Of a stretch of 64,000 nt of DNA, positions 11,720 to 24,844 are shown piece after piece (positions within the stretch are counted from its first letter, which is position 1; each line of letters begins with the position of its first letter). Made by a program: the position numbers and the translations under genes. A model generated the notes under the pieces. It saw nothing but the letters and a program-made list of their open reading frames with translations, was not told the DNA's origin and made no database searches. The stretch lies in assembly GCA_946965045.2 (NCBI GenBank), contig OX337239.1, positions 248,001-312,000 on the forward strand, in the 5' to 3' direction. Source of the stretch: Epithemia pelagica. Taxonomy: Eukaryota > Protista > Bacillariophyta.

Positions 11720-13420
11720 ATCACGGCCGGATCCACTCCAGGAGCAACATGGACTTGACTATGACTCGCTTCTTGTTCTTTCGGAATAAGCTGCGTGAGT
11801 CGACGATGCAGATTGCAGTTGGATTTTACAATACCCCAGTGATCCTTGGACTTGGAATTGTCCCCTTTGGTACTGTTGAATTGGCATGCTCCTCAGCGCG
11901 GATATTGTCGCCATTGTCTCCGCAGACGACGACTCGTCTCGTTCGGTCCCTTCTACAGGACTTGGACAAAGTACGAACGTCCTGTCGACGTGTGGACCAA
12001 CATGATACGACACCAGGGATAAAAAAAGGCCACGACACTGGAGTCACCCACGTCTTCTAATTGGGGTTCCGAATATATATAGTGATAAACACAGGGAATC
12101 ACAAGGACCGGTGGACTTGGTTCGAGTGTCAAGAGTATGGTCGTTTTATTGTTGTTGGCGTTGGCGTTGGTGAGAAAGGTCCATGGCTCGATGATAGTGT
12201 TGTAGAATGAAATCGACAATCTCGGACAATCCTTGTTCGTGTTTAATGGACGCCATGACAATGGGTGCATAGGACCCCTTGGGATACATTATTGAACTCT
12301 TACCATCTTTGGGATGAACGTTATCGTGAGAAGGATCATGATCATCATGAGAATGATGATGATCCTGATCGTGAGAACGATCATGATACTGGTGGTGGTG
12401 GTGCTTCTGATTCTTCTTGTTTGGATACTGATACCGTCGCATGGCTTGAGCTTGCTGTTCCATAAGTGGGAGATTGGCACCGACAGCGTCGGCCAAGTCG
12501 ACCTTGTTGATGACAAGCAAATCCGATTCGGTAATGCCCGGTCCACCCTTGCGTGGCACCTTGTCCCCACCGGCCACATCAATCACGTACAAGGTCAAAT
12601 CGGCCAATTCACGGGAAAAGTTGGCCGCCAAATTATCACCCCCCGATTCGCACAACAACAAGGGCAGTTTGTGGTTGTGGTTCTGATTGTTTTGGTGTTG
12701 CTGCAGTATACTGTTCGTGTTGTTGTGTCGGGCCGTCAAATCTTCGAGAGCCGAGAGATTGGCACTGACATCTTCTCGAATCGCCGCATGGGGACATCCA
12801 CCCGTTTCCACGGCAGCAATCATCCAGGCAGCTGGCAAGGCCTCGTGGCGAATCAAAAACTCGGCATCTTCTTGGGTAAAGATATCGTTCGTTACCACAG
12901 CCACTGGTGGAGTAGTAGTAGCATTGGTTTGGTGCATGTGCTGTTGTTGCGACAAGGCTCGACACAAGGCCAAGACGGTGGCCGTTTTGCCCGATCCGAC
13001 TGGTCCTCCAATGCCCACGGTAAATCCTCGTTGACGAAAATCGCGACGACTCCACATATCTTCCAGAACAGTCCTTGGGGATGTGGGAGGTGCTGCATTC
13101 TCGGTATCATTCGTGTTGTCATGATCATGGTGTTGTGGCGGTACGGACGGAGATCCTGGACCCGCATAGTGATAATGCGAACGAACACTTCCCAGACGAT
13201 AAAGAGGACTCGGGTTTCTGTGATGGCACGTCGTCAAACTTCTGCGGCTGGTTGAAATGGGTCGGAGTCCACTCGTCTTGTGGTGGTGGAGGTTGGCCTT
13301 GGGCAGTCTTTTTGTTGTTGTTGCTGCTGTCGCGATACCTGTTCGAATCGAACCGTAGCAACGTGGCGCGGACAAGAGTGGGTGCATCGTCGTTGTTGTT
13401 GCTCTGGTAATCCCTCTCCT
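11720..13420 (-). repeat. Arm 1 of an inverted segmental duplication (ureG plus downstream flank); partner about 21790-23710
   Basis: Non-coding similarity beyond the CDS, e.g. 11732-11770 GATCCACTCCAGGAGCAACATGGACTTGA is the reverse complement of about 23668-23700; 11920-12010 matches 23400-23505. Boundaries approximate. Confidence 0.8.
12146..13387 (-). CDS. ureG: Urease accessory GTPase UreG (copy 1) with N-terminal presequence and His/Asp-rich insert
   Basis: GPVGSGKT P-loop, [52 protein letters not shown]. Confidence 0.95.
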   Translation of the reverse strand: MHPLLSAPRCYGSIRTGIATAATTTKRLPKANLHHHKTSGLRPISTSRRSLTTCHHRNPSPLYRLGSVRSHYHYAGPGSPSVPPQHHDHDNTNDTENAAPPTSPRTVLEDMWSRRDFRQRGFTVGIGGPVGSGKTATVLALCRALSQQQHMHQTNATTTPPVAVVTNDIFTQEDAEFLIRHEALPAAWMIAAVETGGCPHAAIREDVSANLSALEDLTARHNNTNSILQQHQNNQNHNHKLPLLLCESGGDNLAANFSRELADLTLYVIDVAGGDKVPRKGGPGITESDLLVINKVDLADAVGANLPLMEQQAQAMRRYQYPNKKNQKHHHHQYHDRSHDQDHHHSHDDHDPSHDNVHPKDGKSSIMYPKGSYAPIVMASIKHEQGLSEIVDFILQHYHRAMDLSHQRQRQQQ

Positions 13421-15535
13421 TGGTGTGTGTGGTTCTTCTTCTCTCGTGTTCTCTTAGTATATATAGTAAAATATCGCGTAAGACACTATAGTTGACGCCA
13501 TAAAACAACCTATAACCCAATATTCACTCACTCGCCTATATCGGCACGTGTGAAACCCTCCGACTAGATGTCCGCTTCTTAGCTCGTCTGTTCGGGCAAG
13601 ACAAACCCAATCTCACAGACAAAAAAATGAATGGAAATTTCACATCCATCGGTGGAAAGGCTGGCGTGCTATGACAGTTGGAGGATGGCAGGCGTTCTGC
13701 TCAACAAGACTCAAAATAGTGTTCTCGGTTCTCGGTGAGTCCACAGGCCACAAAATCAATGCAGGCAACAAAACGAGGCAATGACCAAACCAACACGAAA
13801 AACGGCATGCTTCGTCCCTGGGCATCTCATCTCATCTTTGTCACTGCACATCCAGCATGGTAAGTTCTGGAATGACTAATAGTTGCATTGGAATGGAATG
13901 TTTAGTTTTAGGCTCTCACTACGTTGCCATAGTGTGTCATTTGTTTGTACCTAATAACATCCATTTTGGTCGATGCTGCTGGCATCATTTGTAGGATTCT
14001 TATAGGACAAAATAGAGCTATAGACCTCAATTAGGAGTAGATAGGATAAGTGGAGGAAGCCATCCATTTTTCCTCTGTCGTCTTTAGTCGATTGTGATGT
14101 CGACCTGCTCCTCTTATTCTTTTTTTATTGCCATGAGCATGACATGTCTTTCCCAGCAGTGCAGGGGACTCAACACTCAACATACTCCATAACGGAACTC
14201 AAAAGAAATCTATTCTAAAATAGGACTGTAGTATGTCAAGTGGTTGCAAAGAGACAAGCCTACGGCAACGGCACGGTGTTGTGGAGGAGGCTTCACTTTT
14301 AAACGGACACTAACACTAGAAACAACCACACTTCTCCTAGAAAAAACAAAGAAAGGATGGCGGTAGATCAAAACACTATCTATGGTCTATATGTCAAATG
14401 TCCATGGTGTGCAGATGATGGAGAATGCATTGTGATGGTGCATGGCCATTGTCCATGTCAAAAGTCAAAAGGTGCGTGGTGAAAATAATGTGGGACAATC
14501 AAGAATGGGGAAGACCAACGGTCAAAGTGCGCACGCCTGCTCACAAAATTTTGAAAGGGTGATCCAGAAGGCCGGCGTGGTCTTTTACATTTTGACCAGA
14601 AATTTTCTTCTAAAACGCAAAAAAAGTAAAATAAAAATGGTTGGTCGCGGAGAGCGGCTGGGGGGCTAAGAAGCGGACACCTAGTCGGAGGGTTAAAAAA
14701 ATGAAGCGAAAGGTAAAATTAACTGGGCCTGTTCGGAAGACAGGGAGTTCCTCAACTGTGGGGGATGTACATATGTTGTATCCTCGCTTACGTCCACGTG
14801 GCTGTCCAACGTACCACAAACTCTGCATTTCAATTTTCAATGTTTAACCGGGTCCAGAGTCCAGAACCATTTGCGCGCGAACCATTCAAGCAAAAGGAGT
14901 TATGTAGTGTACGAATAGCAACGCGACATTTTCGTACATTTGTTGGGTCCGACCAACCGTTTTTCTTGACAATACGCCCGTCACGCTCGACACTGTCACA
15001 CGAACCGGTAACATTCTTGCCAGCACGAGTGCCATGCGCGTACACGACACACTCAACAGTGAACCAACCAGTGACCCAACACGATTTAATCTCCGTTGAA
15101 TCGCCGATACCGTGCCATCCTTAGCATGAATTTCGTCCGAAGAATCCCCTACCTGCGAATCCTGTGCCACTGGCGTTATTCTACCAGTATAAATCATTCG
15201 ACCGTTTTTCTTACCAATGAGACATCGATAACCGTAACACCTCTGCAGAGTTTTGCGGCGAACATCGCGCGTCACACACACACGTCTTTTTTTGACCGTG
15301 TGCACCTTTTGCACCCCCTTTCTATCGTCATTTGACTCTTGAGGATATTGTTCATTCTCATCTTATTGATTTCTTCCGAGAAGAAGAAGAAGAAGAAGCT
15401 CTTGGAATCGCTCTCGTCTGCGGTACACCAAAGCCAAAACAAACCACATCTCCTTGTTCCTCGTCGACTCCGGCAATTTCCTACCTATTAGTTATTTTCA
15501 CACCAAAAACAACAACGTGAGTTACAACATTCATC

Positions 15536-16915
15536 ATGTCCCAACCGTCCTCATCCTCGTCGACGACAACCACCACCAACAACAACACCAAGTATCATTG
15601 TCAATACATTTACGATCGTGTCACGGGCAATTCCTACGTGCCACGAGACGAACGATATTTTACCAATTGGGGAAATCAAGATCGACGGGTGGAAACCTCT
15701 TTGCACAATGGCGACACATCCAACCATGGCAGCAGTCGCAATCGTAGTGGTCCCCAATCCAACAAGAAGAAGAAGAGCTCTTCGAGACTGTCCTCCCACA
15801 ATGAAAATGACAATAACGACGAGGAAACGAATGATGAGGAACGGAATGCGCAAGTAGATCCCAATTGTCCGGATCGGCCCCCGCATTACTTGTGCCGCGT
15901 TCCTCTCTGTGTGGCCTGTTGTCCACGAATCTTGGAACAAAATGCGCTCTGTCGACGATTGGGTGCCATTGGCTGTCACACCTGGGTGAATCGCCGTCCG
16001 CGTCGTCGTCGTCGCCTCTTTTTTGTCGGTCTCGTCTTTAATTTTTTGGCTCTGGTCTTTACCATTGGATCCAGCATGGCCTTTTCGCGCAATCATGACA
16101 TTTTAACCACCACCAGTTTTGCCCGTACCGAAGCCTTGTCGCCTCAATATCAAAATGGCACGGCCGCCTTTGTGACGCTCAATATTGGCTTTCGAGCCGT
16201 GGCCGTCGACGATCCCTTTAATGTGTCGGGACAGGGCGCCGGCGATCACGTGGTGTTGTTCGATACCTTTTGTGGAAGCGATTACCAAGGCTTTGTCAAG
16301 GACCAATTGGGATCCAGTATTTGTGGCGATTGTGTCGAAAGTTCGCAAAGTTTTATCATGTCGTGCTTGTTTAGCATTATTTTAATTGTCAGGAACATGT
16401 TGTCCGATGTCAATCGCATGTACCCCAAGTACGATTTGAATTGTCCCAACTTGACGGGCAGTCTCATGGCAACCTTGTCCGTCTTTTTGGGACTCTTTAT
16501 CATTGCCACGTACCAACAACGCTGTTTCAATGACATTGAAACGCAATTGGAAAATGCCGATGGGGGTGGAATCTCGTCCGAGGTGCAATTTGAGTGGAAC
16601 AATGAAACCATTACCGTCGAACAAGTGAACTTTGATTGGTGGCGAGGTCCCGGATTGGTCTTTTTGATTTTGGCCACCTTTTTGCGCTTTGTCGATGCCC
16701 TCTGCAACTTTATTGTACCGACTCCCAGCATTACACGAGACGTACAAGAACAACAAGCCTATGAACAAACCTATGGACACGTCGAACGGACAATGCGCGG
16801 GGGTCGACGAGCCGTCCAATCCTCGCGACACCAACAACACGACGACAACGACCTGGAGGAGAATGCCGATGAGGACACGACACATGGTGCCACGAACACA
16901 ACCAATAAGCAGTAG
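15536..16915 (+). CDS. Tetraspan (claudin/amastin-like topology) membrane protein with Cys-rich N-terminal juxtamembrane region, paralog 1
   Basis: Four hydrophobic segments, an extracellular CGDC motif and WWRGPG before TM4. Strongly conserved with 37070-38695 (RMYPKYDLNCPNL.GSLM.TLSVFLGLF). Family label is inferred from topology only. Confidence 0.75.
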   Translation: MSQPSSSSSTTTTTNNNTKYHCQYIYDRVTGNSYVPRDERYFTNWGNQDRRVETSLHNGDTSNHGSSRNRSGPQSNKKKKSSSRLSSHNENDNNDEETNDEERNAQVDPNCPDRPPHYLCRVPLCVACCPRILEQNALCRRLGAIGCHTWVNRRPRRRRRLFFVGLVFNFLALVFTIGSSMAFSRNHDILTTTSFARTEALSPQYQNGTAAFVTLNIGFRAVAVDDPFNVSGQGAGDHVVLFDTFCGSDYQGFVKDQLGSSICGDCVESSQSFIMSCLFSIILIVRNMLSDVNRMYPKYDLNCPNLTGSLMATLSVFLGLFIIATYQQRCFNDIETQLENADGGGISSEVQFEWNNETITVEQVNFDWWRGPGLVFLILATFLRFVDALCNFIVPTPSITRDVQEQQAYEQTYGHVERTMRGGRRAVQSSRHQQHDDNDLEENADEDTTHGATNTTNKQ

Positions 16916-17495
16916 ACGAGTCCAACTTGTGTATGCCACATGCCTAGGATAGTCTATAAACTAAGAAGTCACTATATATATACAACCAATAAGCAGAAAA
17001 AGAAGCACAGTGTTATTGTCATCAATGGGAGTGACAATGATCATCGTGTCTTGCAACGAAAGTAGTTTGTGTAGGAGTAACAAAAGGCCAACCAATCGAG
17101 CCTTTGTTGGTTGGAGATTTCTACTCCGGTTCTTATTGTCGGTGAGTATCCTACTGGAGGTACTACACTTCGACAGAGAGACTCTTTATACCGTTCTGTT
17201 GCCAATCACCAGCTAGTTGTAGTTCCAAAAACGGACTCGCAAGTTGTCAAAAGTGTCTTCTTTCCATACATGATAGAGAAACAGAGAATACAGCAACCAT
17301 GTGGCCATGCAACAAAGACAGACAAACGAAATAGTTGTACAAGGGTTCTTTCTAAAGAATAGCTGGTTTCTTTATCTCTGGAAAACCGTAGTAGTTGTAT
17401 CATCATCTCACACGCCTGTGGTAAATCTGACGTATCATCATCATCATCATTCTCCCTCCCTTTTGGGGGGAATGGTATTAGCATGATTGGATCTC

Positions 17496-19465
17496 TCACA
17501 CTTCTTTGGTACGACTGCTGATGGTTTCTTTGGTACGGCTCCCTTCTCGTCGTTTTGTCGTTGAAGTCGAAGTGCGCTTCTTTGTCGTCGTCTTCTTTCT
17601 GTGATTGCCACTGTCGGTTCGGTCTCGCTGTCGTTGTTGTTGTATTTGGCGTTCGTGTCGTCGTTGGAGACGTTGGGCACGACGACGATACAAGACTTGT
17701 CCTTCGTCATGGTCGTCATCATCATAGACGGAATCATTGTCGACATCCAAATGAAAAATTTCTTGCAAGACACTGCCCGATTCTTCCAATACATTGCACT
17801 GTGGACCGACACTGTAGTCGTCGTCATCATCATTTTCCAATGGATCGTCGTCGTTTGTGGGTGTGTTCGTGGTGGTATCGTCGCACGTGTCTTCGACGAC
17901 GGAGGCGGCGGCTGTCGTTTCGTCGTGACACCACAGGCACGACCAAAGGCACGCCAAAACGCCCACAGAGGATACATCCTCGGTGCGATCGTGGTGGTGG
18001 TGGGTGGCCACGGAAAAAGTTTCCGCGTCGGTAATATCTTGATACAATTGCCTTTGTTGTTGGTGGTGAAAATCGTGTAATGGTCGTTCTGGTTGTTTTT
18101 GTTGTGGTTTTTGTTGTGTGTCTTGTTGTGGTGGATCTCTCGTCTTGTCCTCGTTGTCGTCGTCTTGTGGCGGTGGTGGTGGTTCTTCTTGATGCGGAAG
18201 CGTAATGGCCTCCACACCACCACCCGTTGTGGTGATTGTGGTTGTTTGGATGGTTGATGAGGAGGATGATTTGTCATGGACCGCTTGGGTCGTTGTCGTC
18301 TCCTTCTTCTCCTTCTCCAAGCCAGTCCTACGAGTAGTGGTAGTGTCCTTGTCCTGGTGATTGTCGTCATTATCATGGGCAGGAGTCGCATTCGAGGCAA
18401 CGGGTACAGCTGTTTGTGGATGAAATCCAGCCATGAGGGAATCGACCACTCCTTGCGTCACTGCTTGTTCTTGTTCGGTGGGTTCGGGTGGTGGATTGGA
18501 CGTGGAGGACGACGACACGATACTGCGGCTTTCGTCGTGTGCTTCCTCCATTTCTTGTTCTCCATTCGGTCCATAAAAGGGAAAGGCAATGGGGGTGGCG
18601 GTCGCTGCGGGATTGTCCTTGTCGTCATCCTCGACCTGGGAAAGAAGGTTTGTAGGGGTAGCCGTCATTGTCATGGATGAGGACGCACCTGTGGTAGTAC
18701 TATTAGTAGAGGGTGGTCTCTGTTGGTTGCTTGTAGTCGAAGAACCCTTGCTCGGATCCTTCGGGGGAGCTTCTCCTTCCAAAGAATCACTCTTGTCGTT
18801 GTGGTTGTTATGGTAATCCTTTGGAGGAGTTTCTTGTTCTTGTTGTTCTACTAGAGAGACTTCTTGGTGTGGGCTGTCGTCATCCTCGACCAAGGAAAGG
18901 GTACTAGCAGCCGTACTAGTGGTGGCCAATGTCGTATTAGAAGAAGAGAATGACCCACCCGTAGCAGAAGGTGGTGTTGTCGTTTGCTGTTGGTTGCAAT
19001 TCGTCAAAGAACTCTTGTGGTCGTTGTGATCCTTTTGGGGAGATTCTCCTTCCAGAATAGAGTCCTCCACCATCAAGCTACTCTTGTGGTTGTGGTTGTT
19101 GTTGGTGCTTCTATCTTGTTGGGGAGTTTCTTCTTGTGGTTCTATTCTAGAGACTTGGTCGGCGTCTGAAGACGACGACATGATCTTGCGGCCTTCGCCG
19201 TGTGCTCCTTCTTGATAAGAATCCGTTCCTTGTTCTTGTTCCTGTGGGTCATCCAAGGGAAACCGAATGGGGGTGATGGAAAAGGCTGCTGCTGCGACAG
19301 GGGTTACGTGGCTGTCGTCGTCCTCGACAAGGGAAAGGCTTGTTGTGGTAGCAGTCGTGGTCGATGTCCTAGAAGATGAGGATAGTGGTGTCTCTTGGTT
19401 GCTGTTAGTCCAAGAACCCTTGTGTGGATCCTTTTGGGGAGTTTCTCCTTCCACAGAGTCACTCA

Positions 19466-19507
<42 letters not shown>

Positions 19508-21287
19508 GGTCCTTTTGGAAAGTATCTTCTTCCAAAGAGTCATCCTCCAAGCTACTCTTGTCGTTTCTGTTGTTGTTGTTGTCGCTGCGGTTGTGATCCT
19601 TTTGTTCTTGGTTGTTCGGTTCGGATGGTTGTTCGGGTGGTGGATAGTAGGACGTGGATGACGACGGCACGACACTGCAGCTTTCCTCGTGTGCTTCTTT
19701 TTGAGAATGATCCATTCCTTGTTTGTTGTCATAGTGTTGTTCTAGTAGAGGTTCCTGTGGTCCATACAAGGGAATGGCGGAAGCTGTTATTGCTGCAGGG
19801 TGGTCATGGTCGTCATCCTCCTCGACAACACGGGAACAAAGGGTTGTGGTGGTTGCAATCGTCGTGGTGGTCATTGTCATATCCGTAGTAGTGGAGGGCG
19901 GTGTCGGTTGGTTGCGATTCGTCCGAGAACTCTGGAGGTTGTGGTTGTGATCCTGTGGGAGAACTTCTCCTTCGTCCAAAGAGTCACTCTTGGTGCTGCT
20001 GTTGTTGTTGTTGCTGTGATCATTGTGGGGAGTTTCTTTATCATCATCATCTCCTTCTTCTTGCTCCATTCTAGTAGAGTCATGCTCGAATAAGCTCTTT
20101 GTGTAGCAGGAGTGCTGGTGATCGTGGGATGCTGTTGCTTCCTCTTCTCCTTCTTCAGAATCCGTTGCGTCTTTTCTTTCCTCGACCAATACTAAAAAAG
20201 GGGTTGTTGTAGTGGTGGTGGTCGTGGTGCATGCCGTAAACAATGACGAAAAGGGTGACTGTGGGTTGCGATTCGTCCCAGAATCGTTGCTGCTCGGATC
20301 CTTTGGCAGAGTAGTTTCTTCTTGTCCTTGCAAACAATCATCACTCTTGTTGTTGTTGTTGTTGTGATTTTCCTGTTGAGAAGTTTGTTCTTGTTGTGGT
20401 TCTATTCTAGTAAAGATTTGGTCCGCGTCTGACGACGACATGGCACTGCGGCTGTTGTCGTGTGCTTCTGGACAAGAATCCGTTTCTTGTTGTTGTTGTT
20501 GTTGTTCTTGTTGTTCCAGTGGTCCATTATTACAGGGAAACCGACGATTGGGGGTGGCCGCCAAGACTGCGGAGGGGTCGTCGTGGTCCTTGTCATTCTC
20601 CTCCTCGACCAAGGAGGAACGGGATGTTGTTGTTGTAGGAGTGGTCGTGGAAGATGACGAACAATCCATTGAAAAAGTTTCTTGTTCTTCCAAAGAGTCA
20701 TCACTCTGGGTGTCGTTCTTCCTGTGATCCCTTTTTAGGTGAGTTCCTTCATCATCTTCTTGTTGTTCTATTCTAGTAGAGCCATTCTCCAATACGCTCT
20801 TGTCGAGGGATTGCTGGTGATTGTGGGATGCTTCTTCTGCTTCTTCATTCGTTGCTTCTTTTGTTTCTTGTTCTTGGTATGGTCCATCCAAGGGAAAGCG
20901 AATCGGGGCAGCTACAGTGGTTGCTTCGGGGTTGTTGTTGTGGTCGTTGTTGTCATTCTCGACCGAGAAACCAAGGGTTGTCGTAGTAGTAGCAGCCGTC
21001 GTCGTCGTTGTCGTCAAAGAAGAAGAAGAAGAAGAAGAAGAAGAGGAGGAGGTCCCATTCGCCGAGGGCGGTGTCGGTCCTTGTTGGTGGAAACTCGTGT
21101 GGTGATAGTGGTTGCTGCACGGATCCTTTGGGGGTGATTCTTGTTCTTGTTCTTGTTCTTGTTCTTGTTCTTGTTCTTCTTCTTCCAGAGAGACTTGGTG
21201 GTCATCCTCCTCCTCCAAGGTCTTGTCGTTGTCGTAGGAGTGCTGCGGATCATCATCGTGGTGGTGGTGGTGTTGCACGCCAAGCAT
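17496..21287 (-). CDS. 1263-aa intrinsically disordered D/E/Q/T/S/N/H-rich protein with about 7 degenerate internal repeats
   Basis: Uninterrupted 3.8-kb ORF from a true ATG. Recurring units: KSDSLEGE.PPKDP, S/T tract, SLVE.DD, P(I/F)RFP..GP.EQ, SSSDADQ..RIE. Confidence 0.75.
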
Positions 21288-21821
21288 GTTGTGTTTTGTT
21301 CTGGTTCACAAAAACAACTCCTCTGCCACAACAGGGTCGTGTGACAAACGACACACTAATACAGGGGAGTTTGCCGTGTTGTTGTTGTTGTTGTTGGGTT
21401 CGTTCCACCACCAGCGAACTGGATGAGAGAGGGGACAACCAAACCACAATTTCGAAAATTGAGAGAACGGCGCGTGTGTGGTGTGGCTATAATTTTTGCC
21501 ATGGGCCATTGGAAATTTGCACCTTTTCCGTCTCCGTTGAAGTGCCGGCTAGCTCGAAAGCGACATTCACATCAAGATCTGAGAATGGTGGATTCCTACA
21601 ATTCTCCAGAGTGGAGAATGTGTGCGTGCAAAATTTGAGAACTGTCGTGACCGTCGAATACTTATCAACCCGAGTCAGCCAGACGTTCCCGCGCAGCGAT
21701 GATTCCACCGCTGTTCGGTCGCGGGATAAGAATCGTATCTTTCGAAAGATCTTTTGCTGTTTCGTCGCATGGCTGAACACCCAGAACAAGAAGACGGAAC
21801 CTTTTTTCCAGAGCAACGACA

Positions 21822-23018
21822 ATGACAACGATGCACCCACTCTTGTCCTCGCTACGTTACGGTTCTGTTCGAACAGCTATTGCTTCAAGACTGTGCAAGA
21901 CGAGACTCCGACCCATTTCAACCAGCAGAAGTTCGGCGACGAACCACCACAGAACCCCGAGTCGACTTCTTGGTTCCGGCACGGTTCGTTCGCATTATCA
22001 CTATTCGGGTCCAGGATCTCCGCCAGTACATCCTCACGATAATGATTCCTCCACCTCCCGCACGCCAAGGACTGCTCTGGAAGAACTGTGGAGTCGTCGC
22101 GATTTTCATCAACGAGGATTTACCGTGGGCATTGGAGGACCAGTCGGATCGGGCAAAACGGCCACCGTCTTGGCCTTGTGTCGAGCCTTGTCCCAATCAC
22201 ACAATCACCACAACCACAATGCTACTTCTACTCCACCAGTGTCTGTGGTGACGAACGATATCTTTACCCAAGAAGATGCCGAATTTTTGATTCGTCATCA
22301 AGCCTTACCGGCTGCCTGGATGATTGCTGCCGTGGAAACGGGTGGGTGTCCCCATGCGGCGATTCGAGAAGATGTCAGTGCCAATCTCTCGGCTCTCGAA
22401 GATTTGACGCTACGACACAACAACATGCCGCAGCAGCAACACAATCAACACAACTCAAAGGATATGCCCATATCATCCTCCTCATTCTGTCCCTTGTTGT
22501 TGTGCGAATCGGGGGGTGATAATTTGGCCGCCAACTTTTCCCGTGAATTGGCCGATTTGACCTTGTACGTGATTGATGTGGCCGGTGGCGACAAGGTGCC
22601 ACGCAAAGGTGGACCGGGCATTACCGAATCGGATTTGCTTGTCATCAACAAGGTCGACTTGGCCGACGCCGTCGGTGCCAATCTCCCCCTCATGCAATAC
22701 CAAGCTCAAGCCATGCGACGGTACCCTACCCACAATCAGAAGATGAAGATGAATCACAATCACCACCAGTATCATCGTTTTCAGGATCATTCTCACGATC
22801 AGGATCATCATCATTCTCATGATCTGGATCATTCTCACGATCAGGATCATCCCCAAGATGGTAAGAGTTTCATGATGCATCCCCAGGGCTCCTATGCACC
22901 CATTGTCATGGCATCCATTAAACACCAACAAGGATTACAAGAGATTGTCGATTTCATTCTACAACACTATCATCGAGCCATGGACTTGTCTCGACGACGA
23001 GAAGAAGAAGAACCGTAG
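21822..23018 (+). CDS. ureG: Urease accessory GTPase UreG (copy 2)
   Basis: Same complete motif set as copy 1; the GTPase core is nearly identical and the low-complexity inserts have diverged. Confidence 0.95.
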   Translation: MTTMHPLLSSLRYGSVRTAIASRLCKTRLRPISTSRSSATNHHRTPSRLLGSGTVRSHYHYSGPGSPPVHPHDNDSSTSRTPRTALEELWSRRDFHQRGFTVGIGGPVGSGKTATVLALCRALSQSHNHHNHNATSTPPVSVVTNDIFTQEDAEFLIRHQALPAAWMIAAVETGGCPHAAIREDVSANLSALEDLTLRHNNMPQQQHNQHNSKDMPISSSSFCPLLLCESGGDNLAANFSRELADLTLYVIDVAGGDKVPRKGGPGITESDLLVINKVDLADAVGANLPLMQYQAQAMRRYPTHNQKMKMNHNHHQYHRFQDHSHDQDHHHSHDLDHSHDQDHPQDGKSFMMHPQGSYAPIVMASIKHQQGLQEIVDFILQHYHRAMDLSRRREEEEP

Positions 23019-24844
23019 AATTGGAGGATTCCTACAGGAGGTAGTATGGGAAACAGCAGCAGCAGTACATGGAAGCGCTGTGAGGGCAAAACCGGCAAAC
23101 AAAGTAACACAACAACACAAAACAAATCCCTCTCCGTTGCATCTCTCGTCAAGAAGATATCGGATATTAAAAGAATAGTCTACCCAAATTCGCATTGTGT
23201 TTGTTCGCAACACAATATGTGTCCGTTGCATCGACTTGCCATTCGGTCGCCGATCGATTGTTCGGAAGTCGGACGAATGATCTTGTGCACAACGATCGCA
23301 GGGAACCTCTGGTTTGGAGTTTTTGTGGGAGACACCACATGATTCCCGGTATTCTCATCACTAGATTCGGAACTGTGGGAAAGTCGAATGTCCTGGCCGT
23401 TTTATCCCTGATGTCGTATTATCAAGTTGGTCCACACTTCGGCAGGACGTTGGTACTTTGTCCAAGGCCTGTGGAGGGGACCGAACGAGACGAGTCGTCG
23501 TCTGCTTAGACGATGACGACGACACCCACAGAGGAGCATTCCAATCCAGCCATATCAAAGGGGACCATTCCAAATCCAAGGATCATTTGGGTATGGTCAA
23601 CTCCAATTCCAATCCGTATCGTAGACTCACACAGCTTTTATTCATCAAGAAAAAGAAGCGAGTCACATTCAAGTCCATGTCGCTCCTGGAGTGGATCCGG
23701 TCTTGATTCTGTGCATTGCATCTATTGTTTCAAAGAGGAACACTCCCTCTTCCTCTTGACTATTGTCAATTCCGAGGCAACTGATGGCACTCGAAATGCC
23801 CCTGTTCTGACACTGGGGTTACCCTCCGATCTATTACCGGCAACAGAGAAAGAAGAAAAGGGACAACATGTGGGGAGTGTCAAAGGACGAGGAAAAGAAT
23901 CTCTTTATGCTCGGACCATGGGTTGTCAGGTTCGGGCCGTACGCGAAATGCAATAGGGCGATACCACGGTGACTTGACCAACCACAATCTCATTGTTCAG
24001 TATGGAATGGCTCAAATCAACAACAACACTCGAGATGCAAGACGCTTAAGTGGGGGATTTCAAGAATCTGTGGGCGGTGCACCAGTTCCTCCAGAGTTTG
24101 AGCCACTGGAGGAGAGGGTGGAGATCAAGTATAGGAATGTGGTGACCAGCAAATAATGGTCGACAGTCGGTGGACAGAGGAGCGACAGAAGCTCCTGGAG
24201 CGTGAAGCGTCTCTGGGGGAGAACTAGAGTGGACAAACTGAACGGGAGCCAGAAACTCTCCGCGCTCGCCTACACAAACGATGGAGCCATTCATCCTGTT
24301 CTCACAACTGCCTTTGTGGTGGCAACGATTCCAAAATCAGAACTCTCTTATTCGGAAGATAAAATTGTACTCAATCAACGACATCCGAAATCTCTCCGCA
24401 ATGCACTTTTCTCTTTCTTTTCGAGAAAACTTGAGAGAAACTTTGGATGAATTTGGATGCCAGCAACTGTAGCATGTTCGAACACGAGCTTTGACCTTGG
24501 TTGAATGCATCTGCAGGATCGTGAAACGGCACGTTCTCTGGGTAACTGGTATTATTAGTGAAACATGTTAAGGATGAGCGGGTTCTACAACCGACAGTCT
24601 ATTTCGTTCCGTTGTCATGGACCCAGAACCCCGCGACAGGTGAGATTTGCTCTTAGCCATTGTCCATGTAAGAGAAAAAGATACTCTAGGACTATATAGG
24701 AGTACTACGAGAGCGGTCTCATGAAGCCTGGTACGTGAAAGGGCCCCTCTGTTCACTCGCCGACAATATCCGTAGCAGAGAACTGTTTGGCATGAACGCT
24801 CTCGTCTCAGGGCAAAAACTAGGGAGGCGCAGTACAACTAGACA

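Noticed and set aside
12146-13387. Recent bacterial horizontal transfer or a urease operon
   Set aside because: Host-like low-complexity inserts, a eukaryote-style presequence, and no neighbouring ureABC/D/E/F genes.
14160-14900. AT-rich non-coding stretch as a transposon remnant
   Set aside because: No terminal repeats, TSD or coding motifs could be identified by eye.
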